DNA of 64,000 nt. Origin: Bacillota bacterium (GTDB taxonomy: Bacteria > Bacillota > Dehalobacteriia > UBA4068). The position numbers were made by a program, and so were the translations under genes. The stretch covers positions 197,942 to 261,941 of the forward strand of contig JBMNFI010000002.1 of NCBI GenBank assembly GCA_050949225.1, in the 5' to 3' direction. Below the pieces are notes generated by a model. It was not told the DNA's origin. It did not search any database and saw only the letters and a program-made list of their open reading frames with translations. Shown here in pieces: positions 8,555 to 18,043 of the stretch (positions are counted from its first letter, which is position 1; each line of letters opens with the position of its first letter).

Positions 8555-10065
8555 CCGTACCAACAGGCGGGGGGAAAACTATTTCATCCTTGGCTTTTGC
8601 TTTGCAGCATGCTAAAAAACATAATTTAGCCAGAGTCATTTATGTGATACCATATACCAGTATTATTGAACAAAATGCCGAAGTTATTGCCGGATTAATC
8701 GGCAGACAATTTGTGCTGGAACACCATAGCAATGTTTTGCTCGATCATGATGAAGAAGTTAATTTTAGAAGAAAATGGGCTACAGAAAACTGGGACATTC
8801 CGGTGGTCGTTACCACCAATGTGCAGTTTTTTGAGTCCTTTTTTTCTCATAAACCTGCAGCAAACAGAAAACTGCATAATATCGCCAACAGTGTGATTAT
8901 TTTTGATGAGGCGCAGATGTTACCAACTGAGTATCTTTCCCCCAGCTTATATGCTATTAGTGAGCTGGTTTATAATTACCGTGTGACGGCGGTTTTATGC
9001 ACTGCTACTCAGCCGCGGATTGAAAAATTTAAGTATCAGGGGCTGGAGGTAACTGAGATGGTCGAAGATCCTTATCAGTTATCTAAGCAGCTTAAAAGGG
9101 TTGAATATCAATTTCTCGGTCAAAAAACGGACGAAGAAATTTTACAAAAACTGTTAGAGGCTAAAAGCGGCTTGGTGGTTGTTAATTCACGCAAGCACTG
9201 TTATTGGTTGCATCAGCAGCTAAAAGATCGAGGTGCGGAAAACATCTTTTGTTTAAGTACTTTGATCAGTCCTCTGCAACGGAAAGAAAAAATTGCTAAA
9301 ATCAAAAAAATGTTGGAGGATCAACAAGCGGTTTATGTTATTTCCACACAATTGATAGAAGCCGGGGTGGATATTGATTTTCCTGTTGTTTTCAGGAGTT
9401 TGGCGGGTGTTGATTCGATTATTCAAGCCGGAGGCAGAGCCAATCGTGAAGGTAAACTGGTTGATAGCAGAGGTCAGCCAAAGATGGGGCAGGTCTTTGT
9501 TTTTGAACCTAAAAGTGATTGGGGGCGTATCCCACCTGCTTTGAGAAATTTTGCAGAGATTACGAAGGAAGTTATTGGTCTTTTGGGGGAAAAGGCTTTT
9601 AGCCTTGAGGGCATCGAGAAATACTTTGACTTACTTTATTATACGAATGCGGAAGATGGTTTGCTGGATGATAAAAAGATTCTCAATGAGTTTAACGCAG
9701 GCGCAGGCAAGTATAATTTTAGAAATGTTTCAGAGAAATTTAAAATTATCGAAGATAATAGTTTCAGCATCATTATTCCGTATAGTTTTTGTGCAGATGA
9801 AAAAGAGCGAATAAAAGAACAAGAGTATCTGGACGAGCTGATAAATCAATTAAGGAATAATATCTTCAACAAAGAAACCATACGAGAATTGGGCAGATAT
9901 TCGGTATCTGTGTATAAAAATGAGCGGCGGCTATTACAAGATCAGGGAGTGATTGAAACACAAGAGGATTGTCTGATCTTAAATAACAAAAATTATTATG
10001 ATCAGATGACCGGATTGGAGATTTTTACAGAAGAAAATAAGAACGCTGAAGCCTTCTATCTTTGA
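8515..10065 (+). CDS. cas3: Cas3 helicase fragment (SF2 helicase, type I); second piece of a frameshifted cas3
   Basis: Walker A [8 protein letters not shown], DEAQ-type box FDEAQ, helicase C-terminal motifs ([10 protein letters not shown]). This frame is open from 8422 and the track ORF starts at TTG 8515. Confidence 0.85.
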   Translation: [516 protein letters not shown]

Positions 10066-10134
10066 TGTTGTCGCAATCCGTTAAAATATTTTTTCGTTGT
10101 TATTTTTAAGCGTATAAAACAAGGAGGTGATTAT

Positions 10135-10815
10135 ATGGGCTATGGTATTAAGCTTAAGGTCTGGGGCGATTATGCTTGCTTTTCCCGGCCGGAATTGAAG
10201 GTTGAAAGGGTTAGCTATGATTTCATGACCCCTACAGCCGCCAGAGGGGTTTTGGATGCTATTTATTGGAAACCTGCAATCACTTGGGTGGTGGATAAGA
10301 TTCATGTTCTTCGCCCCATCAAATTTACTAATATCAGGCGTAACGAGATCGCAGATGTCGCAAAGTTAGGTGCTATTAAAAAAGCAATGGAGCAGTCTGC
10401 TTCCTATGATATTTCATCCAATGATAACCGTCATCAGCGGGCAGCTTTGTTGCTTAAAGAAGTGGAATACGTGATCGAGGCGCATTTTGAAATTAATAGG
10501 GGTAAGGCAGGAGAGAGTGATAGTCCTGAAAAGCACTATAATATTGCTTTAAGACGCATGAGGCGAGGACAGTTTTTTCATAAGCCATGTCTGGGCACCA
10601 GGGAGTTTGCCGCATCTTTTTTCTTAATCGAGGAGGGTGAGGCGATTCCCACCAGCAGTCTGGTGGGTGAGCAGGATTTTGGCTATATGCTTTATTCGTT
10701 AAATTATCAACTTGATGATAAGGGTGAAAAAACTACTGTTACGCCGACTTTTTTTAGAGCAAAAACTATCAATGGAGTTTGCGATTTAACCAAGATAGAA
10801 GAGGTGGTTTCATGA
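10135..10815 (+). CDS. cas5: CRISPR-associated protein Cas5c (Cas5d), type I-C
   Basis: N-terminus MGYGIKLKVWGDYACFSRPELKVERVSYDFMTPTAARGVLDAIYWKP is the characteristic I-C Cas5 start. RBS AAGGAGGTG upstream. Confidence 0.93.
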   Translation: MGYGIKLKVWGDYACFSRPELKVERVSYDFMTPTAARGVLDAIYWKPAITWVVDKIHVLRPIKFTNIRRNEIADVAKLGAIKKAMEQSASYDISSNDNRHQRAALLLKEVEYVIEAHFEINRGKAGESDSPEKHYNIALRRMRRGQFFHKPCLGTREFAASFFLIEEGEAIPTSSLVGEQDFGYMLYSLNYQLDDKGEKTTVTPTFFRAKTINGVCDLTKIEEVVS

Positions 10816-12602
10816 TTTTGCAGGAGCTTTTTGATTACTATGATGTGCTTGCGAGTGATGCAAATGCAAAGATTAGTCCCAGTGGCTTTGAAGAAAACTC
10901 AGCAGCCTATGAAGCAGTGTTGTCTGAAGAGGGGGATTTGCTTAGTATTCGTTCGTTGGTAAAGGACAAAAAACGCAAGACCTTGGTGATGCCCCAAAAC
11001 ATGAAAGGTCCGAGCATTTCTGCCTCACCGGTGTGTGATAATTTTGCCTACATTTTTGGTGTAAGCGGCAGTAAGGGAGAAAAACAGCTAGAAGAAAAGA
11101 AATGGCAAACGGCTAAAGATTTACACGAAGAATTGTTTGGGCAAGCCCAGTCTAAAGAGGCTCAAGCGATAGTTAAATTCTTTGATAAATGGGATATTAA
11201 CGAAGCTTGGGATAACGAGCAAATTTTAGACAACTATAGCGAAACGGGTAATGCTTTTGCCGGCAATGTTATTTTTCGGCTGAGGGGGACAGAGCACTAT
11301 TTCCATGAATGCAAAGAGATCGAAGATATTTGGTTGGCTGAAAACCAGAGGAAAGATATAGATGCCGGGCAAGAGATCAGGCAGTGTTCAATCACAGGTG
11401 AGTTTGCACCTATTGCCAGATTGCATGAAAAATTTAGCGGTGTTAAAGGGGCGATGTCCACAGGGGCCTCACTGGTTTGTTTTAAAAAGGATTCAGATCA
11501 TTCATACAATTTGACACAATTATATAATGCGCCCGTTTCACAAGAAGCGATGTTTAAGTATTCTACAGCGCTTAAACACCTGCTTTCCAGCACTGAGCAA
11601 AAAATGTATATTGGCGAAGATACAGTAGTTTTTTGGGCCAGCAGCAATGATAAAAGGTATACGGGCATATTTAGCAACCTTTTTGAAGGCGAAAGTACTG
11701 CAAATGCTTTATCAAAAGAAACAAAGGCCGACAGTAAAACAGAAGAAATAATTAAGTCTGTACTGCAAAGTGGTCAAGACGGTTTATTTAATGAAAAACT
11801 CAATTTAGAGGGGGATCTTGACCCCAATACGAGATTTTGTATCTTAGGGTTGGCTCCTAATGCAGGTAGAATTTCTGTGCGTTATTTTTACAAAGATACC
11901 TTCGGTGCTTTTTGTGAGAGAATCAAGGCTCATTACGATGATATTAAGATCGTTGGCAATAAGCCGCATATCAAAATTAGAAGTCTTTTATATGCCACAG
12001 TGAGCAGTAAAAGCAGGGATAAGAAGGTGAATCCCCTCTTAGGCGGAGCGGTTATGCGCTCGATCTTAACGGGGGCAGCCTATCCGCAACTTTTACTTAA
12101 TCAGACCATCATCAGAACAAAGACCGAAACGATGATAACGCATGCCAGAGCTGCTATTATTAAGGGTTTTCTCATGCGCAAAAACCGTATATTAAAAAAG
12201 GAGGAACAGTTAACTATGTATTTAAACCAAGAGTCAAAAAATGTTGCTTATGTTTTGGGCCGGACTTTTGCGATTTTGGAAATGATTCAAAAAAAAGCAC
12301 TTGACCAAAATATTAATACTACCATCAGGGATAAATATTTTTCTACTGCTTGTTCCAATCCGGCACTGGTTTTCCCTAATTTGATCAAGTTGTCTCAACA
12401 TCATTTAGCTAAAATTGAGGGGATCTACTTTGATAAACTGTTGGGGCAATGTATTTCTTTAATAGAAGGGGAAAGTTTCCCTAAGACCATGAACATGGAG
12501 GATCAGGGGCGCTTTATTTTGGGATATTATCAACAGAATCAGAAGCTTTATGAAAAAAAAGATACGGCAGCAGCACAAATCAGTGAGGAGGTAGATGAAT
12601 AA
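10812..12602 (+). CDS. cas8c: CRISPR-associated protein Cas8c (Csd1), type I-C large subunit
   Basis: About 600-aa protein starting MILQELFDYYDV in an ATGA overlap with the cas5 stop. It sits between cas5c and cas7c as in canonical I-C operons. Confidence 0.88.
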   Translation: MILQELFDYYDVLASDANAKISPSGFEENSAAYEAVLSEEGDLLSIRSLVKDKKRKTLVMPQNMKGPSISASPVCDNFAYIFGVSGSKGEKQLEEKKWQTAKDLHEELFGQAQSKEAQAIVKFFDKWDINEAWDNEQILDNYSETGNAFAGNVIFRLRGTEHYFHECKEIEDIWLAENQRKDIDAGQEIRQCSITGEFAPIARLHEKFSGVKGAMSTGASLVCFKKDSDHSYNLTQLYNAPVSQEAMFKYSTALKHLLSSTEQKMYIGEDTVVFWASSNDKRYTGIFSNLFEGESTANALSKETKADSKTEEIIKSVLQSGQDGLFNEKLNLEGDLDPNTRFCILGLAPNAGRISVRYFYKDTFGAFCERIKAHYDDIKIVGNKPHIKIRSLLYATVSSKSRDKKVNPLLGGAVMRSILTGAAYPQLLLNQTIIRTKTETMITHARAAIIKGFLMRKNRILKKEEQLTMYLNQESKNVAYVLGRTFAILEMIQKKALDQNINTTIRDKYFSTACSNPALVFPNLIKLSQHHLAKIEGIYFDKLLGQCISLIEGESFPKTMNMEDQGRFILGYYQQNQKLYEKKDTAAAQISEEVDE

Positions 12603-13459
12603 TGAGTGAAGCTATTAAAAATCGTTATGAATTTGTAATTTTGTTTGATGTGGAAAACGGTAACCCTAATGGTGATCCTGATGCAGGTAATATGCCAAGG
12701 GTTGATGCGGAGACAGGCTATGGTTTAGTGACTGATGTATGTATAAAGCGCAAAATCAGAAATTATGTCCAGCTGGTTAAAGATGATGCACCGCCGCACA
12801 AGATTTTTATTAAAGAGATTTTAAACGACAAACTGGAAGATGCCTATAGCGAATGCGGCATTCAAAAGAAAACTAAAAAGACCGAAGAGATAAAAAGGGC
12901 GCAAAAATTTATGTGTGATAACTATTATGATGTGCGTGCTTTTGGTGCGGTAATGAGTACAGGGGATTATCCTTGTGGAGTAGTTCGCGGCCCGATTCAG
13001 ATGAATTTTGCTAAAAGCATTGATCCGATTGCGGCACAGGAAATAACCATTACCAGAATGGCTATCACTAAACCTGAAGATGCTGATAAAAAGGAGACAG
13101 AAATGGGTAAAAAAAGTTTTGTCCCTTATGCCTTATATCGCATGGAGGGTTTCATTTCTGCTAAATTAGCTGAAGATGTGACCGGTTTTTCAGAAGAGGA
13201 TTTGGAGCTTTTCTGGGAGGCTGTTATTAACATGTTTGAGCATGACCATTCAGCAGCCAGGGGTAAAATGATTGTGCGAAAACTAGTGATTTTTAAACAT
13301 GCAAGCCCTTTAGGTAATGCTCCCTCACATACCCTTTTAGAGCGGGTTTGTGTGCAGCGTAAGGACCAAACCACACCTCCCAGGGAATATGGTGCTTATG
13401 AAATCGTCATTAATCAGGAAAACATGCCTGATGGAGTAATGGTTTATGAAAAAGTGTGA
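12602..13459 (+). CDS. cas7: CRISPR-associated protein Cas7c (Csd2), type I-C backbone subunit
   Basis: N-terminus MSEAIKNRYEFVILFDVENGNPNGDPDAGNMPR is the diagnostic Cas7 I-C signature. TAATG overlap with the cas8c stop. Confidence 0.93.
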   Translation: MSEAIKNRYEFVILFDVENGNPNGDPDAGNMPRVDAETGYGLVTDVCIKRKIRNYVQLVKDDAPPHKIFIKEILNDKLEDAYSECGIQKKTKKTEEIKRAQKFMCDNYYDVRAFGAVMSTGDYPCGVVRGPIQMNFAKSIDPIAAQEITITRMAITKPEDADKKETEMGKKSFVPYALYRMEGFISAKLAEDVTGFSEEDLELFWEAVINMFEHDHSAARGKMIVRKLVIFKHASPLGNAPSHTLLERVCVQRKDQTTPPREYGAYEIVINQENMPDGVMVYEKV

Positions 13460-14117
13460 TAATCTGGAGCGTTTGCCGATTTCTGCGATTAAGCAATATG
13501 CCTATTGCCGGCGTCGTTTTGGCCTAATGTTTATTGATAAAGAGTGGGCCGACAACTATAAAATTGTTGAGGGGGAGTTTTTACATGCCAAGGTTGACGA
13601 CCCCTTTTTCAGTGAAAAAAGAGGCGATATCTATGTCAGCAGAAGTGTTCCTGTTTATTCTGATAAAGATAATTTATACGGTATAGCTGATATTATCGAG
13701 TTTATTAAAGATGATGATGGTGTTGAAATCGGCACTAAAAAAGGGTTGTGGAGTATTAACCCCATAGAGTATAAAAATGGCAAGCCCGAAAAAAGTAATG
13801 CAGATGCTTTGCAATTGCTGGCTGTGGCCATTTGTTTGGAAAAGATGTTTAAGATTCATCTTGAACAAGGGGATATTTATTATGGTCGATTGCGGCGGCG
13901 CAAGCGAGTTGTTTTTGACGCTGAGCTGCGAGAAAGGCTGAAGGAAATATTAGCGGGGATTAAGCATATTTTGGACACGCAGCAAATACCGGAAAAAACG
14001 CCGGATCAAAATTGCAGCTTATGTTCTTTAGTCAATATTTGTTTGCCGGAAATTTTTCACAAAAAACAAATTACACGTGATCGAATCAACAATTTGTTGG
14101 TAAGAGGTGGGAGATGA
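13446..14117 (+). CDS. cas4: CRISPR-associated exonuclease Cas4 (RecB-like nuclease with C-terminal Fe-S cysteines)
   Basis: Motif YAYCRRRFGLMFIDKEWADN, a RecB nuclease core (DIIEF..., QLLAVAICLE) and a C-terminal CSLCSLVNIC cysteine cluster. Confidence 0.9.
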   Translation: MKKCDNLERLPISAIKQYAYCRRRFGLMFIDKEWADNYKIVEGEFLHAKVDDPFFSEKRGDIYVSRSVPVYSDKDNLYGIADIIEFIKDDDGVEIGTKKGLWSINPIEYKNGKPEKSNADALQLLAVAICLEKMFKIHLEQGDIYYGRLRRRKRVVFDAELRERLKEILAGIKHILDTQQIPEKTPDQNCSLCSLVNICLPEIFHKKQITRDRINNLLVRGGR

Positions 14118-15145
14118 AAAAACTTTTAAACACACTCTATGTGACAACTCCATTATCATATTTATCACTTGAAAATGAGAACATTGTAATTTTGCTGGAG
14201 GAAAAGGAAAAATTTCGTATACCTTTTGCTAATGTAGAAGGCATAGTTTGTTTTGGTTATATGGGTGCAAGTCCTGCACTGATGGGCAAATGTGCTGAAA
14301 ACAATATCTCTTTAAGTTTTTTGAGTCCCAGTGGGAAATTTTTAGCTCGAGTAACCGGTAAAACTAAAGGGAGTGTGCTTTTACGAAAAAAACAATATCA
14401 GTTTGCAGAGGACCGTCAAGCATCTTTGTTTTTGGCACAGAATATAGTCGCTGCCAAGCTTTTTAATTCCCGTAATACGATTGAACGCTCTATCAGGGAT
14501 AATGCAGATGCCGTGAAGATATCTAAGTTAATAGATGTTTCAAAATTATTAAAGGGTAATCTCCAAAAAGCTTACGATTTCCATGATTTAGATGAATTGC
14601 GTGGTTTTGAAGGTGCTTATGCCAAGGCTTATTTTAGTGTTTTTGATGAGATGATTCTGCAACAGAAAAAGCATTTTTATTTTACTGAACGCAATAAAAG
14701 ACCCCCATTGGATAATGTCAATTGTATGTTGTCATATCTTTATATAATCCTTGCCTTAGAGATCACAGCAGCTTTAGAGACTGTAGGATTAGACCCATAT
14801 GTGGGATTTATGCATCAGATTAGGCCGGGGCGTGCTTCTTTGGCACTGGATTTGTTGGAAGAATTACGTTCCTATTTAGTGGACAGGCATATTTTAACGT
14901 TGATTAATTTAAAGCAGATGACTAATAAGGATTTTCATAAAAAGGAAGGTGGTGGGATTTTGTTGACCGATGAGAGGCGGAGAAAATTATTAGATTCTTG
15001 GCAGAAGCAAAAGAAAGAAAAGATCCGTCATCCCATTATCAATGAAAAAATTGAAATTGGCTTAATTCCTTATGTGCAGGCGCAATTAATGGCTAGATTT
15101 TTGCGCGGGGATGTTGAGGAGTATCCGCCATTTTTGTGTAGGTGA
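14114..15145 (+). CDS. cas1: CRISPR-associated endonuclease Cas1
   Basis: 343 aa, ATGA overlap with cas4, Cas1-typical blocks (LYVTTP...LENENIVI, GFMHQIRPGRASLALDLLEELR). Confidence 0.93.
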   Translation: MKKLLNTLYVTTPLSYLSLENENIVILLEEKEKFRIPFANVEGIVCFGYMGASPALMGKCAENNISLSFLSPSGKFLARVTGKTKGSVLLRKKQYQFAEDRQASLFLAQNIVAAKLFNSRNTIERSIRDNADAVKISKLIDVSKLLKGNLQKAYDFHDLDELRGFEGAYAKAYFSVFDEMILQQKKHFYFTERNKRPPLDNVNCMLSYLYIILALEITAALETVGLDPYVGFMHQIRPGRASLALDLLEELRSYLVDRHILTLINLKQMTNKDFHKKEGGGILLTDERRRKLLDSWQKQKKEKIRHPIINEKIEIGLIPYVQAQLMARFLRGDVEEYPPFLCR

Positions 15146-15149
15146 GAAT

Positions 15150-15440
15150 ATGTTTGTAGTGATTGCTTATGATGTCAATACGGAAACGCGAGAGGGACGA
15201 AAAAGACTGCGGTTAGTGAGCAAAGCTTGCCAAAATTATGGTCAGCGTGTCCAAAATTCTTTATTTGAGTGTTTGATTGACTATGGGACTTTTTTAATTT
15301 TAAAAAAAGAGTTGGAAAGTATTGTTGATGAGGATTTAGACAGCCTGAGATATTATTATTTGGGCAACAAATGGCAAAAGAGAGTGGAGCATTTTGGTGC
15401 CAAAGGTGGCTATGATCCTGAGGGAACAATTATTATATAG
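15150..15440 (+). CDS. cas2: CRISPR-associated endoribonuclease Cas2
   Basis: Starts MFVVIAYDVNTETREGRKRLRLVSKACQNYGQRVQNSLFEC. The track ORF begins at an upstream alternative start, but the conserved Cas2 N-terminus starts at ATG 15150. Confidence 0.9.
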   Translation: MFVVIAYDVNTETREGRKRLRLVSKACQNYGQRVQNSLFECLIDYGTFLILKKELESIVDEDLDSLRYYYLGNKWQKRVEHFGAKGGYDPEGTIII

Positions 15441-15584
15441 GTTTGCGAACCATAAGTGACCATTTTTGGTTATTTTGTTGATACGGCTGTTTTTAGTGGC
15501 CTTTTGTTTTAAAGAGTTGTTATTGTTTTGTCCGCCCCATGCGGTAGATGTGATGAATAATGCCTGTCCAGGGCATTTTCTAGA

Positions 15585-16086
15585 GTCGCACCCCGCAGGG
15601 GGTGCGTGGATTGAAATACAAGTATTACCAGAGCTGGAAAGAAAGATTTTGTCGCACCCCGCAGGGGGTGCGTGGATTGAAATCGGAAACGGCAAAGCGT
15701 ATGACCCCGCCAAAAGTGTCGCACCCCGCAGGGGGTGCGTGGATTGAAATTCTTAACTGTCTGCACAACATTAAATAATCCAACCGTCGCACCCCGCAGG
15801 GGGTGCGTGGATTGAAATTTTCTGATTTTGTGAAACTTTTCGGGATTGGTCGGTCGCACCCCGCAGGGGGTGCGTGGATTGAAATCCGTTATACCATTTA
15901 TTACGTAAGTTTTAACAACGTCGCACCCCGCAGGGGGTGCGTGGATTGAAATCATCGATTAGCTCTGTGACGATAAAATTAAGCTGTCGCACCCCGCAGG
16001 GGGTGCGTGGATTGAAATAAAATTGTTGATAAGCTCTCCGTCATAGAGGGTTGGTCGCACCCCGCAGGGGGTGCGTGGATTGAAAT
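15585..16086 (+). CRISPR. CRISPR array, 8 direct repeats of 33 bp (GTCGCACCCCGCAGGGGGTGCGTGGATTGAAAT) with 7 spacers of 33-35 bp; leader about 144 bp on the cas2 side
   Basis: Repeats begin at 15585, 15651, 15718, 15786, 15853, 15920, 15986 and 16054, all identical. The repeat is a typical type I-C repeat. The last repeat is not degenerate. Confidence 0.97.
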
Positions 16087-16996
16087 TTAGTGCAACAGCA
16101 GCAATCATCTCTACCTCGCCTGTTTTGACTGCGCCGGCTGTACTGAAATCAGGGAGCCAAGTCTGAACAGGGGCAACGCCCGCCATGCTGACTGCATGGA
16201 ATCCATCAACCCCCATCCGTGCAAAATAGATAGAGCTTGTGCCGTCCACACCTGACGTACCGATGATATCATTGTTACTTCCGGGTTTTGCGCCAAGATC
16301 AATCAGGGGAATACCGTTATACATGGAAACGTTGTTGCCCCATTCATCACGTGTTTCCTGATATTTACCATGAACTTTGGCGAGATACTCAAGAGTGGAA
16401 ATCATGTCACCATTGCCCATAATTGCAGAAGGCTTCCCATCAAGCTTTCTTAAAGCTTTATTTAAGGCGAGAAGGAAAGCACCGCCATTTGTTTCAATGT
16501 TCGCCGCGGTGGAAAGGTCAATGATATTCCCGGCATTAAATTCGGTTGCAGATCCCAATAACGCGGAATCTAAGCCATCAAAGGCATTTGCATTGACTGC
16601 CGAATCACCATTGATCACAGTGTCGCAAAACAGAGCCGCTGCGGCTTTAATTTTTTGTTCCATTTGTAATGTTACTTCACTTATGATACCCCCCATGTCC
16701 GCGATAACGCGGTCAATCTGGAAAGAACCGCCGAAGACCTTTAAGTCGACAGTATAGCGCTGTTTACCAACTTCCTGCGGATTATACTCAGCGTTTACCG
16801 CACGAAAAGCCGCGGTGGGTTGTGTAACCAGGCGAGTATAACCATAAGTTAGCGTTGCGCCGCCACCGGTGGGGGAAACACAATCATCAAAAACCATGTT
16901 ATCAAGCAAAAAGGAGCTTTTGCGGAATTCGTCAATCACTCCCATTTGTAAATCATCCTGTACGTTTTTCTTAGCTTCTTGTAATGTTACTGGCAT
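15959..16996 (-). CDS. phage major capsid protein; only 16087..16996 is capsid-derived, and the 3' end of the ORF reads through CRISPR repeat 8 and spacers (gene truncated or fused by the array)
   Basis: About 300-aa Gly/Ala-rich capsid-like product directly downstream of a scaffold gene. The last 43 codons (..FNPRTPCGVRPT..ISIHAPPAGCD..) are translations of the CRISPR repeat. Confidence 0.6.
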   Translation of the reverse strand: MPVTLQEAKKNVQDDLQMGVIDEFRKSSFLLDNMVFDDCVSPTGGGATLTYGYTRLVTQPTAAFRAVNAEYNPQEVGKQRYTVDLKVFGGSFQIDRVIADMGGIISEVTLQMEQKIKAAAALFCDTVINGDSAVNANAFDGLDSALLGSATEFNAGNIIDLSTAANIETNGGAFLLALNKALRKLDGKPSAIMGNGDMISTLEYLAKVHGKYQETRDEWGNNVSMYNGIPLIDLGAKPGSNNDIIGTSGVDGTSSIYFARMGVDGFHAVSMAGVAPVQTWLPDFSTAGAVKTGEVEMIAAVALNFNPRTPCGVRPTLYDGELINNFISIHAPPAGCDSLILSSQS

Positions 16997-17022
16997 ATTA
17001 TTTCTTCCTTTCGTCTGTTAAA

Positions 17023-17631
17023 TTAATCAGAGCTATTACCGGGGAATAATTTCGCTTTTATTGATTCCTCCAGCCCCTCCGGCTTAGGCGGCTCTGTTCT
17101 TTGTGCCGGATCTTTTTCCTCTCCCGGCTTCATTCCTTTTGGGACTGCCGGCGTAGGATTATCGAATTTGAAACAAAAGTTCTTTTCCTCGTCTTTAGTT
17201 AACGCTGTGATTTGGTCGCCGAGACCGACAATCTCGCCTTCCTTAACTGTGGCAGTTTCTAAAAACTCTGCCAGATAGACCTTGACTACTTTAGGGTCTC
17301 GTGCACCGGCTTTCAGCAAAGCAGATTCTACAATGGCATTTTTTTGTACTGTTAGTAATTCAGCTGCCATGCGTTCAGCTTCAGCTTTGTTGTCTTCTTG
17401 CAGCTTCTTGATTTGCGCCTCCAGCTCTTTATTGTCCGTGTTGGACTTTTGGAGTTCTTTCAGCTGCTTATCACGCTCTGAGACAGTACCTTTGAGGGTG
17501 TCCCTCTCGGTAATCATCTCATCGAGTCGCGACTTCGGCACAAAGCCTTCCAGTGCTTTCTTGTGTTCTGCAACCACCTTGTCGGCTGTTGCATCGTCGA
17601 TGTTCAAACTGGTCAAAAACTCTTTTTTCAT
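17023..17631 (-). CDS. phage scaffolding protein
   Basis: 202 aa, acidic and coiled-coil rich (KELEAQIKKLQEDNKAEAERMAAELLTVQ). Position is between the head-morphogenesis and capsid genes. Confidence 0.65.
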   Translation of the reverse strand: MKKEFLTSLNIDDATADKVVAEHKKALEGFVPKSRLDEMITERDTLKGTVSERDKQLKELQKSNTDNKELEAQIKKLQEDNKAEAERMAAELLTVQKNAIVESALLKAGARDPKVVKVYLAEFLETATVKEGEIVGLGDQITALTKDEEKNFCFKFDNPTPAVPKGMKPGEEKDPAQRTEPPKPEGLEESIKAKLFPGNSSD

Positions 17632-17815
17632 CTCGATTCTTCCTTTCTTTCAAAACATTTTTTTCCCGGTTCAGTCCGGTATTATTGTCTTTTAGTTTTG
17701 CGCCTTAAAATACCAAAAAGGCGATTTTTTTTATAAAAAAAGAGCGCCTACGATAGTAGGTACTCTTAATGTTATATCTGGGTATGAAAAACCACCTCAA
17801 ACAATCAAGGTGGTT

Positions 17816-18043
17816 TTACGGCAACGCGTTAATTATGTCTTGATATTCAAAAGCCTTTTTTGTCATTTGTTGTTTTTCATCAAGGCAGCACCGCAACAAA
17901 TAATCAGATGCTTTTTCCTCTATATCAAGCAACTGTTTTTCGGAAAATTCATTATTAGCAGGACAATTAAAGCCTGCTTCTGCTAATAATTCTTGTTGTC
18001 TTTTACTAAAATCTACTTTCATTATCCTACTCTCCTTTTCCAT
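17816..18043 (-). CDS. small protein overlapping the 3' end of the MuF gene; candidate immunity protein for the MuF C-terminal domain
   Basis: 75-aa ORF overlapping the MuF stop by 17 nt. It is duplicated nearly identically at 25232..25459. Confidence 0.5.
   Translation of the reverse strand: MEKESRIMKVDFSKRQQELLAEAGFNCPANNEFSEKQLLDIEEKASDYLLRCCLDEKQQMTKKAFEYQDIINALP

Noticed and set aside
7805-10065. Treating the cas3 split as definitely biological
   Set aside because: A 1-nt difference in an A6/A7 homopolymer is the classic signature of sequencing error, so the inactivation is reported as a finding to verify rather than a confident pseudogene call.
15336-15955. Track ORFs 15336..15713(-), 15466..15747(+) and 15509..15955(-) lying across the CRISPR array
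   Set aside because: Their sequences are periodic translations of the 33-bp repeat (HAPPAGCD / FNPRTPCGVRPT / SHPAGGAWIEI repeated), which is an artefact of repeat periodicity and not genes.
16377-17695. Plus-strand ORFs 16377..16757 and 17282..17695
   Set aside because: They are antisense to the capsid and scaffold genes, with Ser/Ala-rich low-complexity products typical of antisense frames of GC-skewed coding sequence.
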